64,000 nt of DNA from contig JBBTRX010000001.1 of NCBI GenBank assembly GCA_038064975.1, positions 336 through 64,335 on the forward strand, read 5' to 3'. This stretch comes from Patescibacteria group bacterium. Its GTDB lineage: Bacteria; Patescibacteriota; Minisyncoccia; UBA6257; 1-14-0-10-40-38. The translations under genes and the position numbers were made by a program. Below are positions 48,832-60,486 of the stretch, one piece after another (within the stretch, counting starts at the first letter, position 1; each line of letters starts with the position of its first letter). The notes beneath the pieces were generated by a model that was not told the DNA's origin, did no database searches, and saw nothing but the letters and a program-made list of their open reading frames with translations.

Positions 48832-49254
48832 TTACTCAATAGTAATTCCCATGTTTTTTGCCGTGCCTTCAATGATTTTAACGGCTTGATCAATATTATC
48901 CGTATTCAAATCAGGAAGTTTCTTTTCTGCAATGGCGCGAACATCTGCTTTCGTAACTTTGCCTACTTTAAGCTTATTTGCAGTACCCGATCCTTTCTCA
49001 ATCCCTGCCGCTTTTTTAAGCAACGAAGAAGCCGGAGGAGTCTTCAAAATAAAGGAGAAGGTGCGATCCTGGTAAATCGTGATTTCCGCAGGAACAACAT
49101 CCCCCATCATTTCTTTGGTCCGTTCGTTAAATTCTTTGCAGAATTGGGCAATATTAATACCCTGGGGTCCAAGAGCGGTTCCCACTGGCGGTGCAGGATT
49201 TGCCTGCCCTGCCGTGATCTGAAGCTTGATTACTGTTTTGATTGGTTTTGCCAT
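48832..49254 (-). CDS. rplK: 50S ribosomal protein L11
   Basis: [35 protein letters not shown]... Confidence 0.9.
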   Translation of the reverse strand: MAKPIKTVIKLQITAGQANPAPPVGTALGPQGINIAQFCKEFNERTKEMMGDVVPAEITIYQDRTFSFILKTPPASSLLKKAAGIEKGSGTANKLKVGKVTKADVRAIAEKKLPDLNTDNIDQAVKIIEGTAKNMGITIE

Positions 49255-49332
49255 GAATATTAACCGCTGGTTATAAGAGAGTTCAGAATACTAAAAAATC
49301 GTCTGTTGCGCAAGTAGTCTGAAACCCTATCC

Positions 49333-49905
49333 CTAGAGCTTCTGTACTTGTAAAGAATCCAGCTCAACCATAGTGTCGCGGCTGAAAATCGCGACGAGAA
49401 CTTTAATCTTCCCTTTTTCATTATCAATTTCTGAAACTTTTGCTTCGTAATCTTTAAAGGGCCCGTCAGTAATCTTAACCGTATCCCCTTCGCGCAAATC
49501 CACTTTAAAGCGCGCCTCCTTATCACTCATGCGGGACATGAAGGTATCTACTTCTTCGCGGGAAAGCGGCGTCGGCGTTGCCGCATCCGGTCCTACGAAG
49601 CCAGTAACACGAGGCGTATTGCGGACGACATACCACGAATCATCAGTGAGTATCATATCTACAAGTACGTATCCCGGATAGCTCTTTTCTTCCACAGTTC
49701 TGCGCTTGCCGTTTTTAATTTTAATCTTCCGCTCTTTAGGAACAATAACGTTAAAAATCTTATCGTTCATCGCGAGCGAATCAACGCGCTGATTTAAATA
49801 GCGGGCAACAGCATCTTCATACCCTGAATAGGTATGGATCGCGTACCAATGACGCTCCCCTTTAGGAGTTTCTTGCGGTTTGCGTTGTTCTTTTGCCTCT
49901 GTCAT
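49333..49905 (-). CDS. nusG: transcription termination/antitermination factor NusG
   Basis: NGN domain (WYAIHTYSGYE) and a KOW motif. Start trimmed to MTEAKE. Confidence 0.85.
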   Translation of the reverse strand: MTEAKEQRKPQETPKGERHWYAIHTYSGYEDAVARYLNQRVDSLAMNDKIFNVIVPKERKIKIKNGKRRTVEEKSYPGYVLVDMILTDDSWYVVRNTPRVTGFVGPDAATPTPLSREEVDTFMSRMSDKEARFKVDLREGDTVKITDGPFKDYEAKVSEIDNEKGKIKVLVAIFSRDTMVELDSLQVQKL

Positions 49906-49912
49906 GTAATTT

Positions 49913-50098
49913 CTAAAATATAAATTGCTGAAGGATTGAAGTAAACGCAAAATCCAGAACACCCAAAAACAATGCCGTTGCGAGCGACATGCCAATCACG
50001 ATAAATGTAAGACGGCGCGTTTCCGCGAATGTAGGCCAATTAATTCGCTTAAACTCACGTCTCGTTTCTTGGAAAAATAGGATTGCCTTGGCGAACAT
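49913..50098 (-). CDS. secE: preprotein translocase subunit SecE
   Basis: 61 aa with a single TM helix, directly upstream of nusG. Confidence 0.7.
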   Translation of the reverse strand: MFAKAILFFQETRREFKRINWPTFAETRRLTFIVIGMSLATALFLGVLDFAFTSILQQFIF

Positions 50099-50150
50099 AG
50101 AGAATAGTGTCCAATATACCGATAAAATATCGTGAAGTCAACTAATGCGA

Positions 50151-52229
<2,079 letters not shown>

Positions 52230-52345
52230 CTAAAACAAAGCGATTTATAAGAAAAAAAGAGCTATATACACAGGGTTAATTGACAAATAGTTAAAATATG
52301 CTATCCTTAAATTAGTTCCCTTATATCCACAAACGGAGGAAGAGC

Positions 52346-52642
52346 ATGGTCCAACAAGGAAGGATCGATTTCGACGAAGTCACGATTATCACAAGACTTG
52401 GAAAGTCATGGACCGAAGATGAGATGGAGCACCTGATCGAACATGTCGGCCCTCTGTCGCCGATGCCAGGAACCGAAGATACAGTACTCATGATTCCTGG
52501 AGTACACAGCACGATCACGATCAACGGGATTCTCGGTCACTACAAGTTCGATCGAAAAACGGTCCTCAAGTCTGAAGTTCCGCAATTCCCCAAGTCCATC
52601 CCCCCTCAAGTCCTCGAGACAGTACTTGCAGGCCTTGTCTAG
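52346..52642 (+). CDS. hypothetical protein
   Basis: 98 aa with SD ACGGAGGAAG, followed by a strong terminator accccgcacc-atcact-ggtgcggggt + T7 at 52655-52690. Confidence 0.45.
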   Translation: MVQQGRIDFDEVTIITRLGKSWTEDEMEHLIEHVGPLSPMPGTEDTVLMIPGVHSTITINGILGHYKFDRKTVLKSEVPQFPKSIPPQVLETVLAGLV

Positions 52643-52705
52643 GAACTCGCGCACACCCCGCACCATCACTGGTGCGGGGTCATTTTTTTACAAAGACTTC
52701 CTTTC

Positions 52706-53920
52706 CTACCTAATTACAGCGCGGAGTTCTTCTGTTGTTTGGTGTTCTATAGCGTGATGCACTGCACTCACTTCATCATTAGTGAGCGTCCGTGCGAACG
52801 AACGATACACAATACGGAAGGTATAGCTTTTCTTTCCTTCGCCAAGCTTTTTCTCATTTTCATACTCATCAATTAATTGCACCTCTTCAATCAAATCTTT
52901 TCCAAGTTCCCGCACGATTTCATAAAAACGGTTCGGCACGACGTCGCTATTTACGATAAACGAAATATCACGGGTTACTGTAGGATATTTACTAATTTCC
53001 TCATACTGGCTATCAACGCTCGTAAATTGTTTCGTAATGCGAGGATTGTCGGACCATAAAATGCGAATATCAGGAATATTCATTTTTTGCATCGCCAAGC
53101 GCTCCACACCAAAACCAAATGCCCATCCGTTATAAACCTGTGGGTCAATATTTAAATTTTTAAGCGTTGTTTCTCGCGCAAGGCCGGCACCCAAAATCTC
53201 AAGCCACTCCCCTTTAAATTTTATTTCCATCTGCGTACTCGGATGCGTGTAGGGGAAATTGTCGTCCAAAAACCGCGCCTCAATATTGGGACCGAATACT
53301 GACTGCACGATATTCGTAAGTACTCCGTGCAAATCATCCAGAGTAATCACCTTTTCGCTCCGACGCGTAAGAAAAAGCCCGTCAATCTGATGAAATATGG
53401 GGGAGTGCTTCCGATCAATCTCATCCTTGCGATATACTTTGCCGTAGGAAAGCACGCCAAGCCATCCGCGGGTCTCTAATTTTTTAACAATGTTCGGATC
53501 AAGCAAATAATACATCCACATGGATGTCGTCTGTGTACGGAGCAACCGTTCGGGAGTAATAAAGTAAGTGTCCGTTGGACGCCGTGCAGGATGATCACTC
53601 GGAAAATCAAAAAGATCAAAATTATATTCCGTGGTTATCGTTTCAGGAATAGAAGCAATATCAAAATCCTTAAAGAGAGGAAGACTTACGATAGTATCAA
53701 TAACAAGCTTAACCGGAGAATTTTCCTTGCGCGTAAGATCGGGCAAATTAATAAGACGTAAAAAACGGAGCGCATCAAAATCTTTTCGCTTTTTTAAACT
53801 CTCCAAAACTGGAGTTTCTTCCGAATCAAGATATGTTATTGCCTCACCTCCTGTCCGCGAGTCTATTCTCTCGTCTTTTCGAGGAAAAGGCGGAGGGAGT
53901 TTCTTCCCAAATGTAGCCAT
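52706..53920 (-). CDS. pheS: phenylalanyl-tRNA synthetase, single-chain form: PheS catalytic core fused to a C-terminal FDX-ACB anticodon-binding domain
   Basis: Class II motif 2 (SYGKVYRKDEIDRKHSPIFHQIDGLF) and motif 3 (GWAFGFGVERLAM). A ~95-aa C-terminal domain (SKYPTVTRDISFIVNSDV...EVQLIDEYEN...GKKSYTFRIVYRSFARTLTNDEV) matches the FDX-ACB domain normally found at the PheT C-terminus and in mitochondrial PheRS. Confidence 0.75.
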   Translation of the reverse strand: MATFGKKLPPPFPRKDERIDSRTGGEAITYLDSEETPVLESLKKRKDFDALRFLRLINLPDLTRKENSPVKLVIDTIVSLPLFKDFDIASIPETITTEYNFDLFDFPSDHPARRPTDTYFITPERLLRTQTTSMWMYYLLDPNIVKKLETRGWLGVLSYGKVYRKDEIDRKHSPIFHQIDGLFLTRRSEKVITLDDLHGVLTNIVQSVFGPNIEARFLDDNFPYTHPSTQMEIKFKGEWLEILGAGLARETTLKNLNIDPQVYNGWAFGFGVERLAMQKMNIPDIRILWSDNPRITKQFTSVDSQYEEISKYPTVTRDISFIVNSDVVPNRFYEIVRELGKDLIEEVQLIDEYENEKKLGEGKKSYTFRIVYRSFARTLTNDEVSAVHHAIEHQTTEELRAVIR

Positions 53921-53934
53921 ACGGTATATAAAAA

Positions 53935-54237
53935 TTATAGTATCACACTCTCTTTAATCCGCTCCATTTCCCGCTCCACGACATCCCCGTCATATTCTCC
54001 TGCATGAGCACTCGTTCCCGAGTAGGATGGCGCCCTCTGATCCAAATGCAGATTGATAACCCATGCGTCCCCTTGTGGCGCTACATACACATGGAACCGC
54101 GGAAAATCCCCACCTCCTGCGCGGCGCACATAAGAGATTTCTTTAGTCCTTCCATTCACTTCTTGTTTGTACCCCGCATTCCGAAGCAAGAGCGGAATAT
54201 TTTTTTGCCCTCCGGCGTTAGGAATTAAAAGTTTCAT
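53935..54237 (-). CDS. hypothetical protein
   Basis: 100-aa ORF with no recognised family. Confidence 0.35.
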   Translation of the reverse strand: MKLLIPNAGGQKNIPLLLRNAGYKQEVNGRTKEISYVRRAGGGDFPRFHVYVAPQGDAWVINLHLDQRAPSYSGTSAHAGEYDGDVVEREMERIKESVIL

Positions 54238-54241
54238 ATAT

Positions 54242-54318
54242 ATGGTGCCGACGGGAGGAATCGAACCTCCGACCTAGCGCTTATGAAACGCCCGCTCTAA
54301 CCGCTGAGCTACGTCGGC
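54242..54318 (-). tRNA. tRNA-Met (anticodon CAT; elongator or Ile2-type), CCA encoded
   Basis: GCCGACGTAGCTCAGCGGTTAGAGCGGGCGTTTCATAAGCGCTAGGTCGGAGGTTCGATTCCTCCCGTCGGCACCA. Pair 1:72 is G-C. Confidence 0.75.
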
Positions 54319-54433
54319 AACGTCCCCATAAATGTACTAAAAAATGAGGAGAGATGCAAAAGAATACAATCCTTTCAGTTCGAGTCCCATCACAAAAAAT
54401 TAATCCGCTCATAAAGAGCGGTATTAATTTTTG

Positions 54434-54507
54434 CGCGGTGGACGGGACTCGAACCCGCGACCTCTTCCGTGACAGGGAAGCGCTCTAGCCAGCTGAGCTA
54501 CCACCGC
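54434..54507 (-). tRNA. tRNA-Asp (anticodon GTC)
   Basis: GCGGTGGTAGCTCAGCTGGCTAGAGCGCTTCCCTGTCACGGAAGAGGTCGCGGGTTCGAGTCCCGTCCACCGCG. Confidence 0.8.
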
Positions 54508-54634
54508 AATACGATAAAACTAGCTACTGCATAACTAACAACTTACGACATCACTCATAGCATATATAGAGATATATCGATAGCAAAGAGCAGTATATCA
54601 AAGCCGGAATAATAAGAAAAGAGTTGCGCTATCG

Positions 54635-55459
54635 ATGTCAATTGAATACTATAGTAAAGGTTCGTTCACAAAGGCATCTCACGGAGGAGCACCTGTGCTC
54701 AAGGTGAAATCACTGTTACTAGGAACAGGAACAAAGAATTTTGATTTAAAGAACGGCAATGCTCAAAGCGTTCAGCGTCAAGTTGAGCATATTTTGAAAT
54801 CTGGAGGAATTCGAAGAGCAGTTATGCCAAGGTGCGACTTTACAGCAAACCTTGAACGCTTCCGATCTGAAACGGGAGCTAACTGGATGGAAAAGACAAT
54901 CAATCCTGCAGACGGAGTGATTGTCTGTGAACCCCATGTCAGCATCGTCTTCTTTCCTGCTGATTGCCCTATCGTCACCATTTTTGACCCCCAAGAAGGA
55001 AAACTTGCTGGACTCCACATTGGCTACCGTTCCCTTTTTAATGGAAAGGAAGTGCGGAATCCCTGCATCCTTGATACTACGCTGGAACGCGGAGCATTTA
55101 ATGTAGAAGGTGTTCAAGTATGTATTCATCCTTGCATCAAGAGTTGTTGTTTCGGGGTAGACCACCATCCAAAAATAGACAGTCTCCCCCATACCATTGC
55201 CACAAAAGGTCCGCGCAAAGGGCAACGCTCTCTTGATCTCCAAGGATACATCAAGGAAAGGATCATCTCCTTTGGTATTCCCGAGGCGCGAATTCAGACA
55301 GAAGCAATGTGTACAGCATGCGCAGATAGACCAGAAGACCCCGCACCGGAAGTAGAAGAAGGCGTAGAACCTCGTAGATATTTTCCACGATACCATTCTC
55401 ATTGCTACGATGCACCGAATGACGGAAGGAATCTCTTCGCCGCGTGGATTGAGGAATAA
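54635..55459 (+). CDS. YfiH/PgeF (DUF152) purine-nucleoside phosphorylase / peptidoglycan-editing-factor family protein
   Basis: PADCPIVTIF...LHIGYRS...HPCIKSCCFGVD...MCTACADRP parallels the YfiH motifs ADCxPV / HAGWRG / QCCYEV / C-terminal Cys-His. Preferred over the overlapping minus ORF 54746..55402. Confidence 0.65.
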   Translation: MSIEYYSKGSFTKASHGGAPVLKVKSLLLGTGTKNFDLKNGNAQSVQRQVEHILKSGGIRRAVMPRCDFTANLERFRSETGANWMEKTINPADGVIVCEPHVSIVFFPADCPIVTIFDPQEGKLAGLHIGYRSLFNGKEVRNPCILDTTLERGAFNVEGVQVCIHPCIKSCCFGVDHHPKIDSLPHTIATKGPRKGQRSLDLQGYIKERIISFGIPEARIQTEAMCTACADRPEDPAPEVEEGVEPRRYFPRYHSHCYDAPNDGRNLFAAWIEE

Positions 55460-55473
55460 CTCGCAAATCCCGT

Positions 55474-56784
55474 CTAAGCCCTTTGGGCTTGGACGGCTTT
55501 TTTATATTGCATTCCCCTATCTTCGTAGTTTTTGAACATATCAAAACTCGCTGCTCCAGGAGAAAGTATAATACTCACTCGTGGACACTCTTCGCTAAGC
55601 GATTGCTTTGCGGTGCGATATGCATGCAGAACCGCAGAAGATATTGTAGGAGCAGAATATTTTTTGAAGAATAATGGACCAAGAAGGTTGCTAAGTTTAT
55701 GCTGTATTTCTCCAATAGCAATAATTTCTAATGCGTATTGTTTCTGCTTGATTGCGGCATTGCGGAGCGGAGCGTAATCAAGATTTTTATTTTTACCTCC
55801 TGCTATTAGAATGAACGGATGTGTGAACGAAGTAATCGCCGCTCCTGCCGCTTCAGGATTCGTTGCTGCTGAATCATCGAAGAAATCAATAATGCCTTGT
55901 TCTGTTGTTATAGTGCGTACTAACTCCATGCGATGAGCAAGGCCTCTAAAATTTTTGAGCGATTTTTGAATGATAGTGTCAGAAACGCCAATATGCTTCG
56001 CAATAGCAATAGCAATATCCCTATTTTTACGCGATCCCTTTTCGTGCGGATATACGGGAAATTTCTTGCCCCGTGATTGTTTCGCAATTTTTGTACTGAT
56101 TGGATTTTCCGCAAGATAAAAAATACTGTCGCCTTTTATCTGATATTTAGCAATTGCCGTTTTAGCATCATAATATTCGCGAAGTGATGCGTGGCTATCT
56201 AAATGATCAGGAAACATATCAATCACAGTCGCGATGTGAGGCGATTCCGTAAGATCTTGTAATTGAAAGCTTGAGAGTTCAAGGATAACGAAATCAGCTC
56301 GTCGAGCCGCACGTAAGGCATCAAGCATAGGGAAACCAATATTCCCTACGACGGTAACGCGTTTTTTTGCGTTTTTAAGAATATGAGCAAGGAGCGTTAC
56401 GGTTGTACCCTTGCCTTTTGTGCCAGTAATTCCGATAAGCTTCTTTCGCATCGGGCGCATGAGCGCGAAGAAAAGTTTTGTTTGACTCGTAATTACTACT
56501 CCTTTCTTTCGAACATCCTGCAATGCAGGTAAAAGATAAGGAATGCCAGGCGAGCGAAAAATAAGATCAAACGATGAAAGATTTGTCGTATAATTTCGTC
56601 CTGTTTTTATATGAACGGACTTGGGAATATCACTATAGTGAGACTTGGAAATCAAGTTTTTATCAAGAATCCAAATTTCCGCTCCTTTATGAATAGGACT
56701 CTTGAGGAGAAACTGAAGAGTTGATTTACCCTCCCGTCCGAACCCTAAGAGAGCGATCTTCACTTTTATATGGTTTTCTTGCAT
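55474..56784 (-). CDS. murD: UDP-N-acetylmuramoylalanine--D-glutamate ligase
   Basis: N-terminal Rossmann-like domain, then Mur ligase P-loop GITGTKGKGTT. Start trimmed to MQENHIKVKIALLGFG. Confidence 0.85.
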   Translation of the reverse strand: MQENHIKVKIALLGFGREGKSTLQFLLKSPIHKGAEIWILDKNLISKSHYSDIPKSVHIKTGRNYTTNLSSFDLIFRSPGIPYLLPALQDVRKKGVVITSQTKLFFALMRPMRKKLIGITGTKGKGTTVTLLAHILKNAKKRVTVVGNIGFPMLDALRAARRADFVILELSSFQLQDLTESPHIATVIDMFPDHLDSHASLREYYDAKTAIAKYQIKGDSIFYLAENPISTKIAKQSRGKKFPVYPHEKGSRKNRDIAIAIAKHIGVSDTIIQKSLKNFRGLAHRMELVRTITTEQGIIDFFDDSAATNPEAAGAAITSFTHPFILIAGGKNKNLDYAPLRNAAIKQKQYALEIIAIGEIQHKLSNLLGPLFFKKYSAPTISSAVLHAYRTAKQSLSEECPRVSIILSPGAASFDMFKNYEDRGMQYKKAVQAQRA

Positions 56785-56812
56785 AATCGGTCCCTTCACT
56801 ATAGAATATTCG

Positions 56813-56885
56813 GGCAGGTTGGTGTACTGGTTGTGCATATCTGGCTCATAACCAGGAGGGGTAGGTTCGATTCCTGCACCTGCAA
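56813..56885 (+). tRNA. tRNA with CAT anticodon (Met/fMet/Ile2 ambiguous)
   Basis: GGCAGGT-TG-GTGTACTGGTTGTGCAT-A-TCTGGCTCATAACCAGG-AGGG-GTAGGTTCGATTCCTGC-ACCTGCA-A. The anticodon loop is CTCATAA. Positions 1:72 appear to be a G.A mismatch and the D-stem has two G-U pairs. Folded by hand. Confidence 0.5.
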
Positions 56886-56976
56886 CAGAATAAAATAATA
56901 GAAGTCTCGATGCAACGCAATCGGGGCTTTTATTATTCTGCAGGAAGAAGAATGAAAGTTTAGTATCTCATTAATT

Positions 56977-57852
56977 TTATACTGCCCGCTTTAATTCATC
57001 CACGAATTTCAGCGCTTCCCGACGCACATGGTCTGCGAGACGCGGGTCAATAATACTTTTAATACGGGCGGCTTCAATATCGCGTGCAGCCTCAGTTTTG
57101 AAATCAAGGATAGTTTGAGCCGCACTCATAACCGCATCAAGCTCCGGGTTTTCCATCAAAGATTTAGTTACAGTTATCGGCTCATTTACTGCCGTTTTAA
57201 GTACGTCTCCGACTCCTCCCTGACCCAATAACCTAAAGACATCGCTCGTGTCTTTTGTTTTTTGAATAAGCTCAAGCTCATCCGGATCAAGAAGATGCTC
57301 TACAAAGCGAGCATGTTCATCCATAATATTGTTCCAAAAGGTTGCCACTTCTTTTCTTTCAAATTCAGCATTTCCCTTACCCAATGTTTCAAGTCTGCGC
57401 ACCCAACGCTCTGCTTCATGCCGCGTATGGTCAAAGAAAAGCGGCCAAACCAAACTGCGCAAGCTACCACTACGCTGAGCATCGCCAAGCTCTGCTTTAT
57501 ATTCAATAAATGGTTTTATTTCTTCTATAATATCTTGTACAAATTTCTTAACATCTCCTTTCTCTGGTGCGCTCATCCCTTCTATTCTTTGATTAAGTTT
57601 GGTAAATTTTTCTGAAAATTCAAGAGCTTGTTTTCGTTCTTTCATTGCAACTTCCGGAGGCATAAGTAACGCAAAGAAAACTCCATGTTCGGCCATGATG
57701 TCAGTAGCAAATCGAGCATCAGCCCAAGCATGCCGACCTAAATCCACATCCCCTTCTTCAGGAAGAATAACAATTTTTTCATAGGGTTTTTCAGCAACAC
57801 TTTGGTCGCTCTTGCCTTTTCGCGTATGAACTTTCATATTTTTTTGTATCAT
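56977..57852 (-). CDS. hypothetical protein (repeated H-x-x-F/W helical motifs, DUF2935-like?)
   Basis: 291 aa with repeated DIMAEHGVFFALL / RHEAERWVRRL / MDEHARFVEHLL-type helices. Weak assignment. Confidence 0.4.
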   Translation of the reverse strand: MIQKNMKVHTRKGKSDQSVAEKPYEKIVILPEEGDVDLGRHAWADARFATDIMAEHGVFFALLMPPEVAMKERKQALEFSEKFTKLNQRIEGMSAPEKGDVKKFVQDIIEEIKPFIEYKAELGDAQRSGSLRSLVWPLFFDHTRHEAERWVRRLETLGKGNAEFERKEVATFWNNIMDEHARFVEHLLDPDELELIQKTKDTSDVFRLLGQGGVGDVLKTAVNEPITVTKSLMENPELDAVMSAAQTILDFKTEAARDIEAARIKSIIDPRLADHVRREALKFVDELKRAV

Positions 57853-58198
57853 AATTTTATGATACCCATTTCCAATGAGATTCTAGTGAAAAAAGAATGG
57901 AGAAATATACATCACGCAGTAAAAATTAAGCCGTCCCTTATGGACGGTTTTGACTTTTAAATATTAATTTTCTATACTTTCAATATGCAATTCAGTATTC
58001 AAATTAAAAATTTAGTTGCTTATTACGCCGCATATACGTTTAAACCCCGGGTGCGGTAGTTTTCTTACTTAATATTGAAATCTCACGCCGCTCCCGAGCG
58101 GTTTTTTTGTTTTTCTTCGGGAAGGTTGTCGGCGTGAGTATGGAAAGGATATATATCCTCGCTCGTACCGACAAGAGTTCCTTAAGAAAGAGATCGCG

Positions 58199-58426
58199 AT
58201 GACTATCCGTTACTGGATGGATAACCACGGCGTGAAGCATAACCAAGACGTCGCGTGCATTTCGTGTTGTTGCGGACATCTTCATCCTGCACTACACGAA
58301 CGCCCCAGCGTATCAAACTTTGGGAAAGGGGTGTGCGTTCTGGGCGGCATTCATGCTCTCGTACCAGTCGATGGAAAACTGGTCTTTGACTACCAAGCAC
58401 AAGGTGAAGAGCACCGCTGCTACTAG
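58199..58426 (+). CDS. small Cys-rich hypothetical protein (75 aa)
   Basis: SD AAGAAAGAG. GC-rich. Followed by a perfect terminator ggcgaatacagaa-tct-gttctgtattcgcc + T6 at 58439-58476. Confidence 0.4.
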   Translation: MTIRYWMDNHGVKHNQDVACISCCCGHLHPALHERPSVSNFGKGVCVLGGIHALVPVDGKLVFDYQAQGEEHRCY

Positions 58427-58494
58427 GTAGTGCGTTGAGGCGAATACAGAATCTGTTCTGTATTCGCCCTTTTTTATCTCAAGCTTTTTAAACT

Positions 58495-59097
58495 CTAATC
58501 AATTAACCCGAATTCTTGGAACGCTCGCCGATATTCTCCTACAATCGCGATTGCTTCGTCTCTCGTTAATTCTGGAGCAGTACCTTTATGAAACGCGTCT
58601 CGCATCTTATGCGCACGCCGAAGACCTTCTATGTTCGGTAGGACGCCAGGCGGAACCTGATCTAACCGCTCATGTACCGTCTGCCCACGATACCCCGCAA
58701 GGCGCAGTATTTCCCCAAAAATTAAATCTGCAAGCAAAATCGCATCTTTATGTTTTTTCGCATCATCAGTTCCTAAATCCTTAACGATGGTTTTCCATCC
58801 GCGGAGTGTCCTTCGCTTCATGAGCGTATTTCCGGCAAAGAGAGCATCTGCCCAATCATCGGCTTTAGAAATAAAAAATTTGCTTTTAACGAGTAACCAA
58901 AAGGAAATACCTCCAAAAAGAAGAGAGACAAGACCTCCTACGATATAGAGCAAAGTCCGATACTCATCAAAGATCGGTTCCACCGTATCCCGAGCCGTAA
59001 AAATCACGTCCAGAATGCTGCGGAATGCTTTTTCAATATCAAAATTATTGATGAAATCGTTCATAGTGTCTTCCAAGGCCAAAAAGATCGGCTTCAT
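58495..59097 (-). CDS. hypothetical membrane protein (start uncertain; overlaps the gatA 3' end)
   Basis: The ORF frame continues into gatA. The most plausible start is MKPIFLALEDT or MNDFINNF. One TM helix; the C-terminal helical region ends ...IVGEYRRAFQEFGLID. Confidence 0.4.
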   Translation of the reverse strand: MKPIFLALEDTMNDFINNFDIEKAFRSILDVIFTARDTVEPIFDEYRTLLYIVGGLVSLLFGGISFWLLVKSKFFISKADDWADALFAGNTLMKRRTLRGWKTIVKDLGTDDAKKHKDAILLADLIFGEILRLAGYRGQTVHERLDQVPPGVLPNIEGLRRAHKMRDAFHKGTAPELTRDEAIAIVGEYRRAFQEFGLID

Positions 59098-60481
59098 GGA
59101 AGTGTTTACCGATAAGCTGGAACCCAATAGGAAGGCCATGTACGCCGAGAACGGGAATAGAAAGAGCCGGAACTCCCGCAAGACTTGCAGGCATGGTAAA
59201 AATATCCGCAAGATACATTTGCATCGGATCCTCTGTTTTTTCTCCGAAGAGAAAAGCACGCGTTGGCGCGACTGGAGTAAGTAAGACATCTACCTCTTTA
59301 AATGCCTCGTCAAAATCCTGTTTTATTTTTGTCCTCACTTTCTGCGCCTTCGCATAATATGCGTCGTAATAGCCGGACGAAAGCACAAAGGTCCCCAGCA
59401 TAAGGCGCCGTTTCACTTCAATACCAAATCCGTTTCCTCTATTCTTCATATAGAGCTCCTGCAATGTTTTTGCCGATTCTCGCACGCCATAGCGCATACC
59501 ATCGTATCTCGCGAGATTAGAGCTTACTTCAGCAGGCATCACAATATAGTAGGTAGAAAGAGCGTACTTGGTATGTGGCATACGTACTTTTTTAAACGTA
59601 ACGCCAAGAGTTTTAAGCACTTCAATAACTGATTCAATCCCAACAGCAACTTCCGGCTCTATGCCCTCCACAAAATATTCATCGGGAATACCGATAGTCA
59701 TGGACTTTAGTTTTTCTAAATCCATTTCTAAAAGTTCATTACCATAGGTATGGTTCGTGGTCGTGGCGTCATACCGGTCATTGCCAGCGATTGCCTTAAA
59801 AATATGAGCTGCATCTTCAACCGTTTTCGCAAAGGGTCCAATTTGATCCAAACTAGATACCATTCCGATTAATCCGTGGCGAGATACCGCACCGTACGTT
59901 GGCTTTACCCCAACGACGCCGCAGAACGAAGCCGGTTGGCGAATGGACCCTCCCGTATCCGATCCGAGCGAAGCAAGCGCAAAATGAGCGGCAACCGCAG
60001 CAGCCGAACCACCGGACGATCCTCCGGGAACACGGCTGGTATCGTGAGGATTTTTGGTTTTCTGATATGCGGAGTTTTCCGTGGATGATCCCATAGCAAA
60101 CTCATCACAGTTCGTTTTACCCAAAAATACAGCACCGGACTCTCTAAGCCGTGTGATTGCCGTCGCGTCATAGGGAGCGACATACTGTTCTAATATTTTT
60201 GATCCTGCCGTTGCAGGCTTCCCTTCTACGAGTATATTATCCTTAATCGCCAACGGGGCTCCGGCAAGAATTCCAATTTCTTCGCCGCGAGCAATTTTTA
60301 AATCCACTTCTTCTGCTTGAATATACGCGGATTCTTTTGCAGTACTCAAGTACGCACCAATTTCTTTATCCTTCTCTTCAATATGCGCAAAATAGCGCTC
60401 GGCAACCTCAAGCGCCTTCATTTCCCGATGCTTCAGTTTTTCATGAAGCTTAGTAAGTGTAAGTTCGTGCAATGAGAACAT
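59045..60481 (-). CDS. gatA: Glu-tRNA(Gln) amidotransferase subunit A
   Basis: Amidase signature GGSSGGSAAAVA and catalytic Ser-cisSer-Lys context. Confidence 0.9.
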   Translation of the reverse strand: MFSLHELTLTKLHEKLKHREMKALEVAERYFAHIEEKDKEIGAYLSTAKESAYIQAEEVDLKIARGEEIGILAGAPLAIKDNILVEGKPATAGSKILEQYVAPYDATAITRLRESGAVFLGKTNCDEFAMGSSTENSAYQKTKNPHDTSRVPGGSSGGSAAAVAAHFALASLGSDTGGSIRQPASFCGVVGVKPTYGAVSRHGLIGMVSSLDQIGPFAKTVEDAAHIFKAIAGNDRYDATTTNHTYGNELLEMDLEKLKSMTIGIPDEYFVEGIEPEVAVGIESVIEVLKTLGVTFKKVRMPHTKYALSTYYIVMPAEVSSNLARYDGMRYGVRESAKTLQELYMKNRGNGFGIEVKRRLMLGTFVLSSGYYDAYYAKAQKVRTKIKQDFDEAFKEVDVLLTPVAPTRAFLFGEKTEDPMQMYLADIFTMPASLAGVPALSIPVLGVHGLPIGFQLIGKHFHEADLFGLGRHYERFHQ

Positions 60482-60486
60482 ATATA

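Noticed and set aside
54746-55402. Minus-strand 218-aa ORF
   Set aside because: It lies antisense to a plus-strand ORF with clear YfiH/PgeF family motifs.
58040-58285. 81-aa minus-strand ORF
   Set aside because: It overlaps the plus-strand small ORF 58199..58426, which has an SD and a strong terminator. The minus ORF has neither.
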